Below, piece by piece: positions 1 through 8,473 of a DNA stretch of 64,000 bases (the first letter of the stretch is position 1; the number at the start of each line of letters is the position of its first letter). The stretch lies in the NCBI GenBank assembly GCA_965223265.1, contig OZ244999.1, positions 640,001 to 704,000 on the forward strand, written 5' to 3'. Position numbers and translations under genes: made by a program. The notes under the pieces were generated by a model, which did not search any database, had not been told where the DNA came from, and was given only the letters and a program-made list of their open reading frames with translations. Source of the stretch: Planctomycetota bacterium (lineage in GTDB: Bacteria; Planctomycetota; UBA8108; SXIK01).

Positions 1-174
1 AACGCCGCGACGGCCGGGTCTCCGCCGCCGCTCCGCGGCGCTGGTGACGAAATAATCCGCCGGCAAGCGCACGACGACGACCGGAAGGAGGATCGCCGTT
101 AGCACGAGAGAGCCTACCGAGAGGACCAGCAACCAGAAGACGACGCTGGGGTTGTCTTTGAGCCAATCGATCAT
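1..174 (-). CDS. Partial (3' end outside window) small membrane protein, PGPGW-domain-like
   Basis: Manual translation from ATG at 174 (GAAGAGG upstream): MIDWLKDNPSVVFWLLVLSVGSLVLTAILLPVVVVRLPADYFV. A hydrophobic helix followed by LPADYF is typical of this family. Not in the ORF track. Confidence 0.6.
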   Translation of the reverse strand, partial: MIDWLKDNPSVVFWLLVLSVGSLVLTAILLPVVVVRLPADYFVTSAAERRRRPGRRGV

Positions 175-225
175 CGACTCGTCACCAGCACCTCTTCGAT
201 CGAATCAGCATTCCAGTGGCGCGAC

Positions 226-507
226 TCAATCAGAGCGCTGCGTAATCTCGATGAGATGGTATCCAAACTGCGTCTGCACGGGACCATGGACTTTGCCGAC
301 CTCGGCACTGAAGACAACGTCGTCGAACTCTTTGACCATCTGTCCGGGTCGGAATTCGCCAAGTGCGCCACCTTGCTGTCCGGAGGGGCACTCCGAGTGT
401 TTCTTGGCGAGCTCGGCGAAGTCAGCGCCGGCCTCGATCTCTGCTTTGAGGTTCTCACAGGCGGCTTCGTTCTTGACGAGAATGTGACGGGCGCTGGCGG
501 TTGCCAT
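226..507 (-). CDS. ppiC: Parvulin-type peptidyl-prolyl cis-trans isomerase
   Basis: 93 aa with ARHILV, FAELAKKHSECPSG..GG.LG.F..GQMV.EFD..VF and GPVQTQFGYHLI motifs. AAGGAG RBS. Confidence 0.95.
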   Translation of the reverse strand: MATASARHILVKNEAACENLKAEIEAGADFAELAKKHSECPSGQQGGALGEFRPGQMVKEFDDVVFSAEVGKVHGPVQTQFGYHLIEITQRSD

Positions 508-822
508 GGGTTCTCCTTGGTGGCGGTGAATCGTCGCGATCTGCTTGAGTCGTCTCGACGAGTCCTTCGAGGGAAGACTGCGAGGCGAACCTTGACCGTC
601 ATCCGTCGTGGCTCCCGGCGCCGGTCGTATGGCAACGATGCGCGCAAGTCGGACGAACAGTGCCGCATGCTACCACGGAGGAAAACTGTCTGCCACTCCA
701 GGAACGAAAGGGCGACATGCTCGGGAATGGACCACTGCGCACGGTGGTGACCGACCTGATTCGTGAAAACAGGTGCTCTGACCTGTATCACAAGGGCCGC
801 GCGTCGATACGGCTTGTTGAGC

Positions 823-869
823 AAAGAAAAAGAGCCGCTGGCCGCGCGACGTGTGCGCTGCCAGCGGCT
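823..869 (-). terminator. Rho-independent terminator downstream of the dockerin-protease gene
   Basis: Stem AGCCGCTGGC (833-842) / GCCAGCGGCT (860-869). On the minus strand it is followed by CTTTTTCTTT, about 20 bp after the stop at 890. Confidence 0.7.
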
Positions 870-889
870 TCCTTGCCTGTACTGAACGT

Positions 890-3514
890 CTACTCGTGAG
901 CCTGGAACAGGATGTCGCTGCCGCCGCGGCCGTCATAGTTGCCGAGTCCGACCGTCCAATCGGTTTCTCTCACCATCCAGCTGCCGAAGAGCGTGCCGTG
1001 GCGAGTCATGTCGATATGCGTCATCGTTGGGCCGTCGCGGGTCAGGACACCATATCCCCAGCCGCTCCGGAGGAGGAGGTCGTCGGCGCCGTCGCCGTTG
1101 ACGTCGGCTATGCCGACAATGAAGTTGGCGGTGGAGTCGAAGTTCCAGTGGCCGAACCACGTTCCGTTCGCGCGCTGAACGATCGTGGCGAACGTTGTGC
1201 CGAATTCGACCAGCACGGCAATTCCCCAACTGCTCGTCACAATGATATCGTCGCGCCCGTCGCCGTTCATGTCACCGATACCGTTGAAGACGTCTCCACG
1301 GGCGTCGAACGTCCAACCGATGAACCGCGTGCCGTCACGAGCGACGACCGTGGACGTCAGGGTGCTGCCGCTCCGCGTCAGAGTGCCGATCCATAGCGCA
1401 CTTCGGATCAGGATGTCATCGCTGCCGTCACCGTTGAAGTCTCCGACACCGAGAATCGTGTTTTCGGAGCCACTGAAGTTCCAGCCGCCGAAGAACGTGC
1501 CACTCGACTTGGCGACGAGGGATGTGAAGCTGCTTCCCGCCAGCGTCAGAATGCCAATGCCGCTATTGCGCTTGACGAGGAGGTCGGTCACGCTGTCGCC
1601 GTTGAAGTCTCCGAGCCAGATGCGATCGGTCGCGGAGTTGAAGACCCAGCCTCCGAACGCCGTGCCGTTGGGCTGCACGACGAGCGACGTCAGCGTGTTA
1701 CCGCTGCGCGTCAAAACGCCGATGCCCCAGCCGCTTGTTACCACGATGTCGTCGCGGCCGTCACGGTTGAAATCGCCCACGCCGACGATCTTGTTGACTC
1801 TAGAATCGAAGTTCCAGCCACCAAACCAGCCGTTCGGCTGCGCGACCAGCGAGCGCCACCGACTGCCGTCGAAGGTGAGGATGCCGATGCCCCAGCTGCT
1901 CGTGATCAGGATGTCGTCGCGACCGTTGCCGTCGAAGTCACCGGAGTCTTCGATCGTGTTCGCTGTGCCGTAGTGCCAACCACCCGCCCAATCCTCTGCC
2001 GGCAGGATCGCCTCGTCGACGAGCTCTGATCCTTCGGCGACGATGATTCCGAGCCCCTTTTGACCCGGATCGTTCACGCACTCGCAGTCCCACGAATCGT
2101 ATCCGTCGATCAGGCGCAGTTGGTTGTCACCGGGGCACGCATCAATGTCGCCGCAGCGCTGTGCCGACAGCGAGATCACCTCGCTGATGCAGTTGCCGAT
2201 GATGTATGGCATGGTGTTGACTTGGAAGTGCCACGAGGGATCACCGCTGTAGCCGCAAGCGACGATGGCGTCATCCTGCTCGTTGGCGCCGTGGGTGTAG
2301 CCGTGGGTGTGCATGACTTCGTGCCAGACGATGCCTGCGGCCTGCGAGTACGGCCAAGGGTATGCTGCGAAGCGGCAGTCATCATCTCCCGGGTTCTCAC
2401 CGGAACCGCAAGTTCGTTTCGATAGCTGATCATGGACGGACGCCAGCCAGCCGCCCCAGCGAAACTCTTCGTCGCCGGTGTGCCCGAACGTGCCGATCCC
2501 GGTCGACGCGTTACCGCTACCGCCGCTGCAGAAGATGTTGACCGTGTTGACGCTGCGGCAAACTTCGAGGACCTTCTGGATCTGCACCTCGATGGCTTGG
2601 TCGAACCACGGATCCGTGTTGCATTGGCGATACGTCGACCGCAGCTTGGTGTCGACGCACTCTTCGAAGGCGCGCGAGACAGCGGCGATGCGGCCGTACT
2701 TCATGATGTCTTCGTTGAACTTCTGCAGGTCCGGCGAGCAGTCACCTTCAAACGTGATGTCTCCTAGAAGAGCCGCGTGAGTTGTGCCGAGAAAGTTGTT
2801 GTCAGGGTTGCAGTCGATTTCGTGCTGCGCAGAATCACCGAACAAGACCTCGAAGACGACCTCGAGCGTCACCGTGCGACTCAGGTCGTAGGAGAACTCC
2901 TGGTCGTACTCGATCGTCATGGTCTCGCCGGGGGCGAGTTCGAGGATGTTCTCGACGACTCGCATGGTTCGCGTGCCTTCGCTGTCCGTCTCGGTGAGAA
3001 TCGCCAGCGCGCTGCCCGGCACCGACGTAAACGGCACTGTCCCGTCGTTGCGAACCGTGGCGACGACACGCGTGACGCTCGTTGAGAACTCTGTCAGGTT
3101 GGCAAGCTCGAAGTCGATCGACACCGCCGCGAGATCGGCGCACAGGATTTCGACCGGACTCGAGCAGCGGTTCTTGCCACACGAGAGAGCGTCTGGGGTC
3201 GGATCGAAGCCGCAGCTGCCGAACGGCGCATTCGGTCGATCGCCGCCGACGAAGAGAAACCCGAGGAGATTCACCGGGTCGCTGATGTCGAGGACGCTGT
3301 CGTCGTTGACGTCGGCGGCCTTGTGGCAAGGCGGTTCAGCGCTGCTGTCGACGAAGAGATACGACAGCGCGCGCACCGCATCGGAGATGTCGACAGCACC
3401 GTCGTCATTGACGTCGCCGCGCTCAAATTGGTTCTGCGCCATCGCGACGTTCCCTGTTCCAAGAACGAGGCCACCGAGAAGAAAGAGCACGTAGCGAGCA
3501 TTGACCTTGAACAT
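890..3514 (-). CDS. Secreted protein: N-terminal dockerin-like domain, CARDB/Ig-like domain, metzincin zinc metalloprotease domain, C-terminal FG-GAP/VCBS repeat beta-propeller
   Basis: Likely start ATG 3514 (GAAAGGTG RBS) with signal peptide MFKVNARYVLFLLGGLVLGTGNVAMA. Duplicated loops RGDVNDDGAVDISD...ADVNDDSVLDISD. HEVMHTHGYTH fits HExxHxxGxxH. Six repeats of the form GDFNGDG.DDI...S.WGIG.L. Confidence 0.8.
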   Translation of the reverse strand: MFKVNARYVLFLLGGLVLGTGNVAMAQNQFERGDVNDDGAVDISDAVRALSYLFVDSSAEPPCHKAADVNDDSVLDISDPVNLLGFLFVGGDRPNAPFGSCGFDPTPDALSCGKNRCSSPVEILCADLAAVSIDFELANLTEFSTSVTRVVATVRNDGTVPFTSVPGSALAILTETDSEGTRTMRVVENILELAPGETMTIEYDQEFSYDLSRTVTLEVVFEVLFGDSAQHEIDCNPDNNFLGTTHAALLGDITFEGDCSPDLQKFNEDIMKYGRIAAVSRAFEECVDTKLRSTYRQCNTDPWFDQAIEVQIQKVLEVCRSVNTVNIFCSGGSGNASTGIGTFGHTGDEEFRWGGWLASVHDQLSKRTCGSGENPGDDDCRFAAYPWPYSQAAGIVWHEVMHTHGYTHGANEQDDAIVACGYSGDPSWHFQVNTMPYIIGNCISEVISLSAQRCGDIDACPGDNQLRLIDGYDSWDCECVNDPGQKGLGIIVAEGSELVDEAILPAEDWAGGWHYGTANTIEDSGDFDGNGRDDILITSSWGIGILTFDGSRWRSLVAQPNGWFGGWNFDSRVNKIVGVGDFNRDGRDDIVVTSGWGIGVLTRSGNTLTSLVVQPNGTAFGGWVFNSATDRIWLGDFNGDSVTDLLVKRNSGIGILTLAGSSFTSLVAKSSGTFFGGWNFSGSENTILGVGDFNGDGSDDILIRSALWIGTLTRSGSTLTSTVVARDGTRFIGWTFDARGDVFNGIGDMNGDGRDDIIVTSSWGIAVLVEFGTTFATIVQRANGTWFGHWNFDSTANFIVGIADVNGDGADDLLLRSGWGYGVLTRDGPTMTHIDMTRHGTLFGSWMVRETDWTVGLGNYDGRGGSDILFQAHE

Positions 3515-3764
3515 CCGAAGCACCTTTCGTGGAAGTGAGTGGTTGGCCAGGCGCGTCCATGCGCCCGTCACTGCAGAAGGGGCCACGAAAGGCCGGAGTG
3601 TGACTGGGTTTTTCGTGAGCGCCCGCTATGAAGCGGCGCTGGTGGTGCAAGTGGTTGATTCGTTGGGTCTTACGTCTTGGGCGGAGGCGGAGACAGAGGC
3701 GGAGGCGTAAATTCCGTTCCCAAGTCGGACGGATGGGTTGATGGGTTTTTCAACGGCCTGTTAA

Positions 3765-3895
3765 ACGCCGACGCACTCGCCCACGCCGACGCACTCGCCC
3801 ACGCCGACGCACTCGCCCACGCCGACGCCGACGCCCACGCCGACGCCCACGCCGACGCACTCGCCCACGCCCACGCCCACGCACTCGCAAACGCG
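3765..3895. repeat. Tandem repeat: 3 perfect copies of ACGCCGACGCACTCGCCC (18 bp) decaying into ACGCC(C/G) hexamers
   Basis: Units at 3765-3782, 3783-3800 and 3801-3818, then degenerate hexamers. Intergenic. Confidence 0.9.
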
Positions 3896-3973
3896 TATGC
3901 CCCAGCTCAGCGTTTCACCGAAATCTCCCCGCCCCTTCTCCTCGCATCGAGCGTCAATCGGCCGCACCACCCT

Positions 3974-4153
3974 GCCCGCATTGATCACCAGATTCCTACT
4001 GCGGGCCGTAAGTCGCGCTTTCGTCCTCCTCGATCGGACTCGACTGCGTCAGACTTCACGCTTCGATCCTCAGTGTGCAGGAAGCACTTTCGTCCTCCCT
4101 CCTCGGTCGGACTCAACGGTCGAATCGCAAAGTCTTCCTTGCCACGACTCGAC
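3974..4153 (-). repeat. Dispersed structured repeat element, degenerate copy of 62582-62786 in inverted orientation
   Basis: Colinear with the reverse complement of 62582-62786. Shared blocks include AGATTCCTACTGCGG, AAGTCGCGCTTTCGTCCTCC and CGGTCGAATCGCAAAG. One terminal inverted repeat is missing. Confidence 0.85.
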
Positions 4154-4206
4154 TTACGGCTCCTGGCTACGGATTTTGGTGTTAGGTTAGGCTCGCTGCC
4201 GAGCCT

Positions 4207-4884
4207 CTAGTCCCACCAGAAGTACCAGTACTCCGCATTCAAAAGACTGGCGGCGAGATGGCTTAGCGTCTCCGTGCCTTGGTGCACGAGATCCGGGCAG
4301 TACACGAACTGTTCGTCGGCGAGCGCGAGAGCTTGCTCTCGCGTATTTGGGGGTCTCGCGACGACGAACTCGACGAGCTCGCCGGTTGCGCTGACGATCT
4401 CGGCGCCATACTCCTCGTACCACTTTTTCGCCAGTGCCACGTGGACGACAGGTGGAGGGCATTCGTTCCAGTCACCGAACGTCAGGTGTGCAGGAATCTC
4501 CCATGGCGCGCGTGCGTCGATTAGAGTGAGCGACACCTGAGGCTTGGGCTTGCCCGAGAGAACGTCGCAGTGAGCGACGAGCGAATGTTGTCCTGGAGTC
4601 GGTTCCGGCCACTTCCCGGGCTCTGCTGTGTAGTAGTCCGGGTCGCTCGCCAGTCTTCGCGCCAGCCAAGCGGTGACGTCGAGATTCTGTGCCGCAGAAA
4701 TCGTTGCTTCGATGTCTGCCTGCGCGTCTGGTAAACATTCGGCGATCGCCTCGACGTCGTCTGCATCGCCGAGAAGCACGGGGTAGAGGCCGCTGTCTGC
4801 TGACTGGCGTCGCAGCTCGTCAAGTCGCCTCAGTGCGTCAGAACCTGCGAGAACTTCGACGGGGAACGAAAACTCACGAGTCAT
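4207..4884 (-). CDS. DUF4253 domain-containing protein
   Basis: C-terminal W.E.YGAE...A.EQF.YCPD.V.QG...LA..L....WYFWWD signature. Start at ATG 4884 with GGAG RBS (the ORF track extends to 4962). Confidence 0.8.
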   Translation of the reverse strand: MTREFSFPVEVLAGSDALRRLDELRRQSADSGLYPVLLGDADDVEAIAECLPDAQADIEATISAAQNLDVTAWLARRLASDPDYYTAEPGKWPEPTPGQHSLVAHCDVLSGKPKPQVSLTLIDARAPWEIPAHLTFGDWNECPPPVVHVALAKKWYEEYGAEIVSATGELVEFVVARPPNTREQALALADEQFVYCPDLVHQGTETLSHLAASLLNAEYWYFWWD

Positions 4885-5328
4885 GGCGAATCTCCGTCTT
4901 GGGTCGTCTAGAGAAACACTGCACTCCACGCCTCGGCTCTCACTAGCCGTCGTCTCTTTCAAGTTTCGGAACTAGCCGCCGCAATCTTTCATGAAACTGC
5001 GGCGGACCACCAGAGCATGTGGACCCTAAACGTCGTCAGCTGAGACCTCGTGAGTCTTCCGGAGTCCTGTCGTGCTGCCATGACCCCCCCGGCGCGCTGG
5101 GGGCCCGGAAGGGCGTCGGGACCGCCAGATGGCACGTTATCGGGAGCCTTCCACCGGCTTGGCCTTGCGCCGCGTAGTGGAACCCTTGGCGAACGATCTC
5201 TCCTCGTGGGTATCGTCACACTCGTCCCCAGTGTTGACGCTGCCCCCCTTCGCCCGTACTCTCGTTTCCTTGCGTGGCAACAGCCGTACTCGTTCGCGCG
5301 CCAATAGAACGTCCGGAGGGCCAACCCG

Positions 5329-6351
5329 ATGCTATGTCTTTCATTTCGCGCCATGTGCGCAGCCGCTGTTGCCATTTCGATTTTGACTCTGCCCTCGTGC
5401 TCGCCGTCCAACGATACTGGCAATGACACGGTCAGCGTTGCAACCATGCGGCTTGGCTCCTCTTGGTATGTCTTCGGCGCCACACTCTCTGAGATTCTCC
5501 GGCCGCAGCTTCCGGATGGCATGCGCGTTGAGGTGATGGCCAAAGGCGGAGGCATCGCCAACCCCCTCGCTGTCAACGGAGGCGATGCCACCATCGGGCT
5601 TGCTAACGTGTGTACCTCGGTTTGGGCGCAGAAAGGTTTAGAGGTCTATCAAGGGAAAGAGTGCGCGAACATTCGAGCTCTCGTCGGCGGACTCAACCCT
5701 GTCTGGTTCCTGGCGATAGCCCGTAAGGGGTACGTCGACGAACACGACATCAAATCACTCGACGAAATCCTGCTCGGCACGCAGCCGACACGTATCGTCA
5801 TGAAGCCAGCTGGTAGTTCAGTGCCGGTGATCGCTGACATGGTGATGGAAGTCCTGGGTACGAGTCGAGAGAAGATCGAGGCGAACGGCGGGCGGATCAT
5901 CCAGGTGTCCGCGAAGCAGATTCCTCCGATGATCAAGGACGGGCGCGCGGACCTCTACTTCGAGGCCGGGCCCGTCGGGCACCCTGGCGTCACTGAACTT
6001 GCGACAACAGCGGATGTTGTCTTTTTCGATCTGCCGGAGAGCGTGCGCAGTGGGCTGGAGAAGCGAGGCCTCATGCCGTCCGAGATTCCTGTCGGCTACC
6101 GAGGGCAAACAGCGCCAACGAAGTCGGTGAACCTCGGCACGTTGCTCATCGTCAATAAGGACGTTCCGGACGACTTGGTTTACCTCTTGACCAAGGCAGT
6201 GTGTGACAACCGCGATGTGATGGCCAGGGCGCACAAAGCGTGGTCGCGGTTCGATCCCTCCCAGAGCGGCCACGAGAGTCAGACGGGGATCCCGCTCCAT
6301 CCGGGCGCACGTCGATTCTTCGAGGAACGCGGTTGGTTGGCAGCTCGGTGA
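5329..6351 (+). CDS. TAXI family TRAP transporter solute-binding subunit
   Basis: GSSWYVFG, GGG..N, VPDDLVYLLTKA and GIPLHPGA.RFFEE.G motifs. Lipoprotein-like signal LPSC. Confidence 0.9.
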   Translation: MLCLSFRAMCAAAVAISILTLPSCSPSNDTGNDTVSVATMRLGSSWYVFGATLSEILRPQLPDGMRVEVMAKGGGIANPLAVNGGDATIGLANVCTSVWAQKGLEVYQGKECANIRALVGGLNPVWFLAIARKGYVDEHDIKSLDEILLGTQPTRIVMKPAGSSVPVIADMVMEVLGTSREKIEANGGRIIQVSAKQIPPMIKDGRADLYFEAGPVGHPGVTELATTADVVFFDLPESVRSGLEKRGLMPSEIPVGYRGQTAPTKSVNLGTLLIVNKDVPDDLVYLLTKAVCDNRDVMARAHKAWSRFDPSQSGHESQTGIPLHPGARRFFEERGWLAAR

Positions 6352-6439
6352 CTCACATCACGCGCCGTCGAGGGATCAGGGAGGCCCGCGGCTCGATGAC
6401 TGAGACAGAGTCGGTCGGTGCAGGCTGTTGACGGAGCGA

Positions 6440-8422
6440 ATGGCGCAACAAGAGAACTCAGCCCCCAGTTCCGCGTCTCGCACGCCAGCGTTCATTGACG
6501 TCGCGGTCCTCGTCCTCGGCCTCAGTTGGGTGGCGTTCCAGACATTGATTATGTTCTACCCGCAGCAGCCGTTGATTCAACGACCGCTGCATCTGGGGTT
6601 CGCACTGGCGCTGACGATTCTTTGGAGGCCTCTGCGGAGGACGAGGCGCGCCAAGCTCGCCCCAGTGATCGATGGCGTCCTGGTCGTCAGTGTCGTCGCG
6701 ATTGTGGCTTACTTCATGGCCGCAGCCGACCGTCTTGTCGGGCGTATGGAGTTTGTTGATCCGATTCTCGCCGTCGACGTCGCATTCGGCGTGCTGACCG
6801 TTGTGATTCTTCTCGAGTGCGTACGGCGCGTGATTGGCTGGAGTCTGCTTGGAGTTATCCTCGCGTTTCTCGTCTACGCATTTCTAGGAAAAGTGTGGTC
6901 CGGGTGGGTGCACGTGGAGTGGGTCCCCGAGCTCTTCAGGTTCAGCGGTTTCACGTTGTCGGAAGCTGCTGAGAATTTCACCATGAAGGCGAACGGTGTG
7001 CTCGGAATTACCACCTACACCTCGGTACTCTTCGTCTTTTATTTTGTCCTCTTCGGCGCGGTCTACTCGGCGATTGGCGGTGGACAGCTCTTCATTGACA
7101 TCGGGCTCACCGTTGCCGGCAGACGGCGTGCCGGCGCGTCGAAGGCCGCAGTGATTTCGAGCGGTCTCATGGGCAGCATCAGCGGCAGTGCGGTCGCCAA
7201 CGTTGCCACGACCGGGCTGTTCACGATCCCGCTCATGCGACGCACGGGTTACGCGCCAACGTTTGCGGGCGCCGTCGAGGCCATTGCCTCGACGGGTGGG
7301 CAGTTGATGCCACCGGTTATGGGAGTCGCGGCTTTCGTCATGGCGGAGTTGTTGCAAGTCTCGTACGCGCGCGTTGCACTCGCTGGTGTGATTCCTGCCG
7401 TTGCCTTTTATCTCTCGCTGTTTTTCTTACTCGACTTTCATTCCCGAAAAACTGGAGTCGGAACCGCGTCGGGTGACGCTCTCACAACCGCGCCGCTTTT
7501 ACCGAGGCTGTATCTCTTGATACCACCTGTCGTGCTCGTCACTCTCCTTGCAAATGGATTCTCGGCAGGGCTATCGGCGCTGTACGCCACGGCGATTTGC
7601 GTGCCGATCGCTTACTTGAAGCGCCAGACTCGACTTCACTTCTCGGGCTGGCTCAAGGCGCTGCGGGACGGTACTCGACAAGCGAGCGAGGTGGCGGTGC
7701 CGATCGCCGCGATCGGCATCATTATCGAAGTGTGCGTGCAGTCGAACCTGACGCTTGAGTTCTCATCGCAGCTCGCGCAGTTAAGTGGCGGGACGCTGAT
7801 CGGGGCGCTCGCGATGATCGTCGTCGGTTGCCTGATTATGGGGATGGGGTTGCCGACAGTCGCAGCCTATATCATCGGGGCGACACTCTTCGTGCCAGCT
7901 TTGCTCGGGCTGGGCGTCAAGGAGCTTCCGGCGCACTTCTTTGTTATGTATTACTGCGTGCTCTCGATGGTGACACCCCCGGTGGCACTCGCGTCGTACA
8001 CCGCTGCTGGACTCTCCGGTGCCAACAGCATGACCACGAGCTTCTACGCGTTTCGTTTCAGCCTCGTGGCGTTCTTCATCCCTTTCGCTTTCGTGCTCGA
8101 ACCAGCACTGCTCGGGCTCGGTACAGCAGGGCGCATCGTGGCGTCGACAACGGTCCTGGCCGTCGGCATCCTTGGCTGGGCAAGCGCCATGGAAGGCTAT
8201 TTTTTGCGGCGTCTCTCAGTCGCTCCCCGGGTATTGATCGGTCTTACATCGTTTGCGGTAATTCTCGCGCCGATTGTCATCCACTTCGTCGGTGATGGCA
8301 GCGACCGAGCGTCGATGGCGATTCCGTTCGCAGCGGCCGTCACGCTCCTTGTTCTACTCGGCGTCGCGACGCTTTTGAGTCGGTCGACAGAGAGAGCGGA
8401 CTCGCAAAGCGCCAAGACGTAA
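6440..8422 (+). CDS. TRAP transporter fused permease (4TM/12TM, TAXI-type)
   Basis: GSISGSAVANVATTG.FTIPLM, EA.ASTGGQLMPPVMG, MGMGLPTVAAY and HFFVMYY..LS.VTPPVALA motifs. Adjacent to the TAXI binding-protein gene. Confidence 0.92.
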   Translation: MAQQENSAPSSASRTPAFIDVAVLVLGLSWVAFQTLIMFYPQQPLIQRPLHLGFALALTILWRPLRRTRRAKLAPVIDGVLVVSVVAIVAYFMAAADRLVGRMEFVDPILAVDVAFGVLTVVILLECVRRVIGWSLLGVILAFLVYAFLGKVWSGWVHVEWVPELFRFSGFTLSEAAENFTMKANGVLGITTYTSVLFVFYFVLFGAVYSAIGGGQLFIDIGLTVAGRRRAGASKAAVISSGLMGSISGSAVANVATTGLFTIPLMRRTGYAPTFAGAVEAIASTGGQLMPPVMGVAAFVMAELLQVSYARVALAGVIPAVAFYLSLFFLLDFHSRKTGVGTASGDALTTAPLLPRLYLLIPPVVLVTLLANGFSAGLSALYATAICVPIAYLKRQTRLHFSGWLKALRDGTRQASEVAVPIAAIGIIIEVCVQSNLTLEFSSQLAQLSGGTLIGALAMIVVGCLIMGMGLPTVAAYIIGATLFVPALLGLGVKELPAHFFVMYYCVLSMVTPPVALASYTAAGLSGANSMTTSFYAFRFSLVAFFIPFAFVLEPALLGLGTAGRIVASTTVLAVGILGWASAMEGYFLRRLSVAPRVLIGLTSFAVILAPIVIHFVGDGSDRASMAIPFAAAVTLLVLLGVATLLSRSTERADSQSAKT

Positions 8423-8473
8423 GGAGCTCAGTCTGCTCGAGGCGGGGCGGCTACACCGTCACACGCGGTTGCG

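Noticed and set aside
3677-4210. 177 aa ORF with ADALAH repeats
   Set aside because: It is a translation of the intergenic tandem repeat and the dispersed element, with no RBS or family signal.
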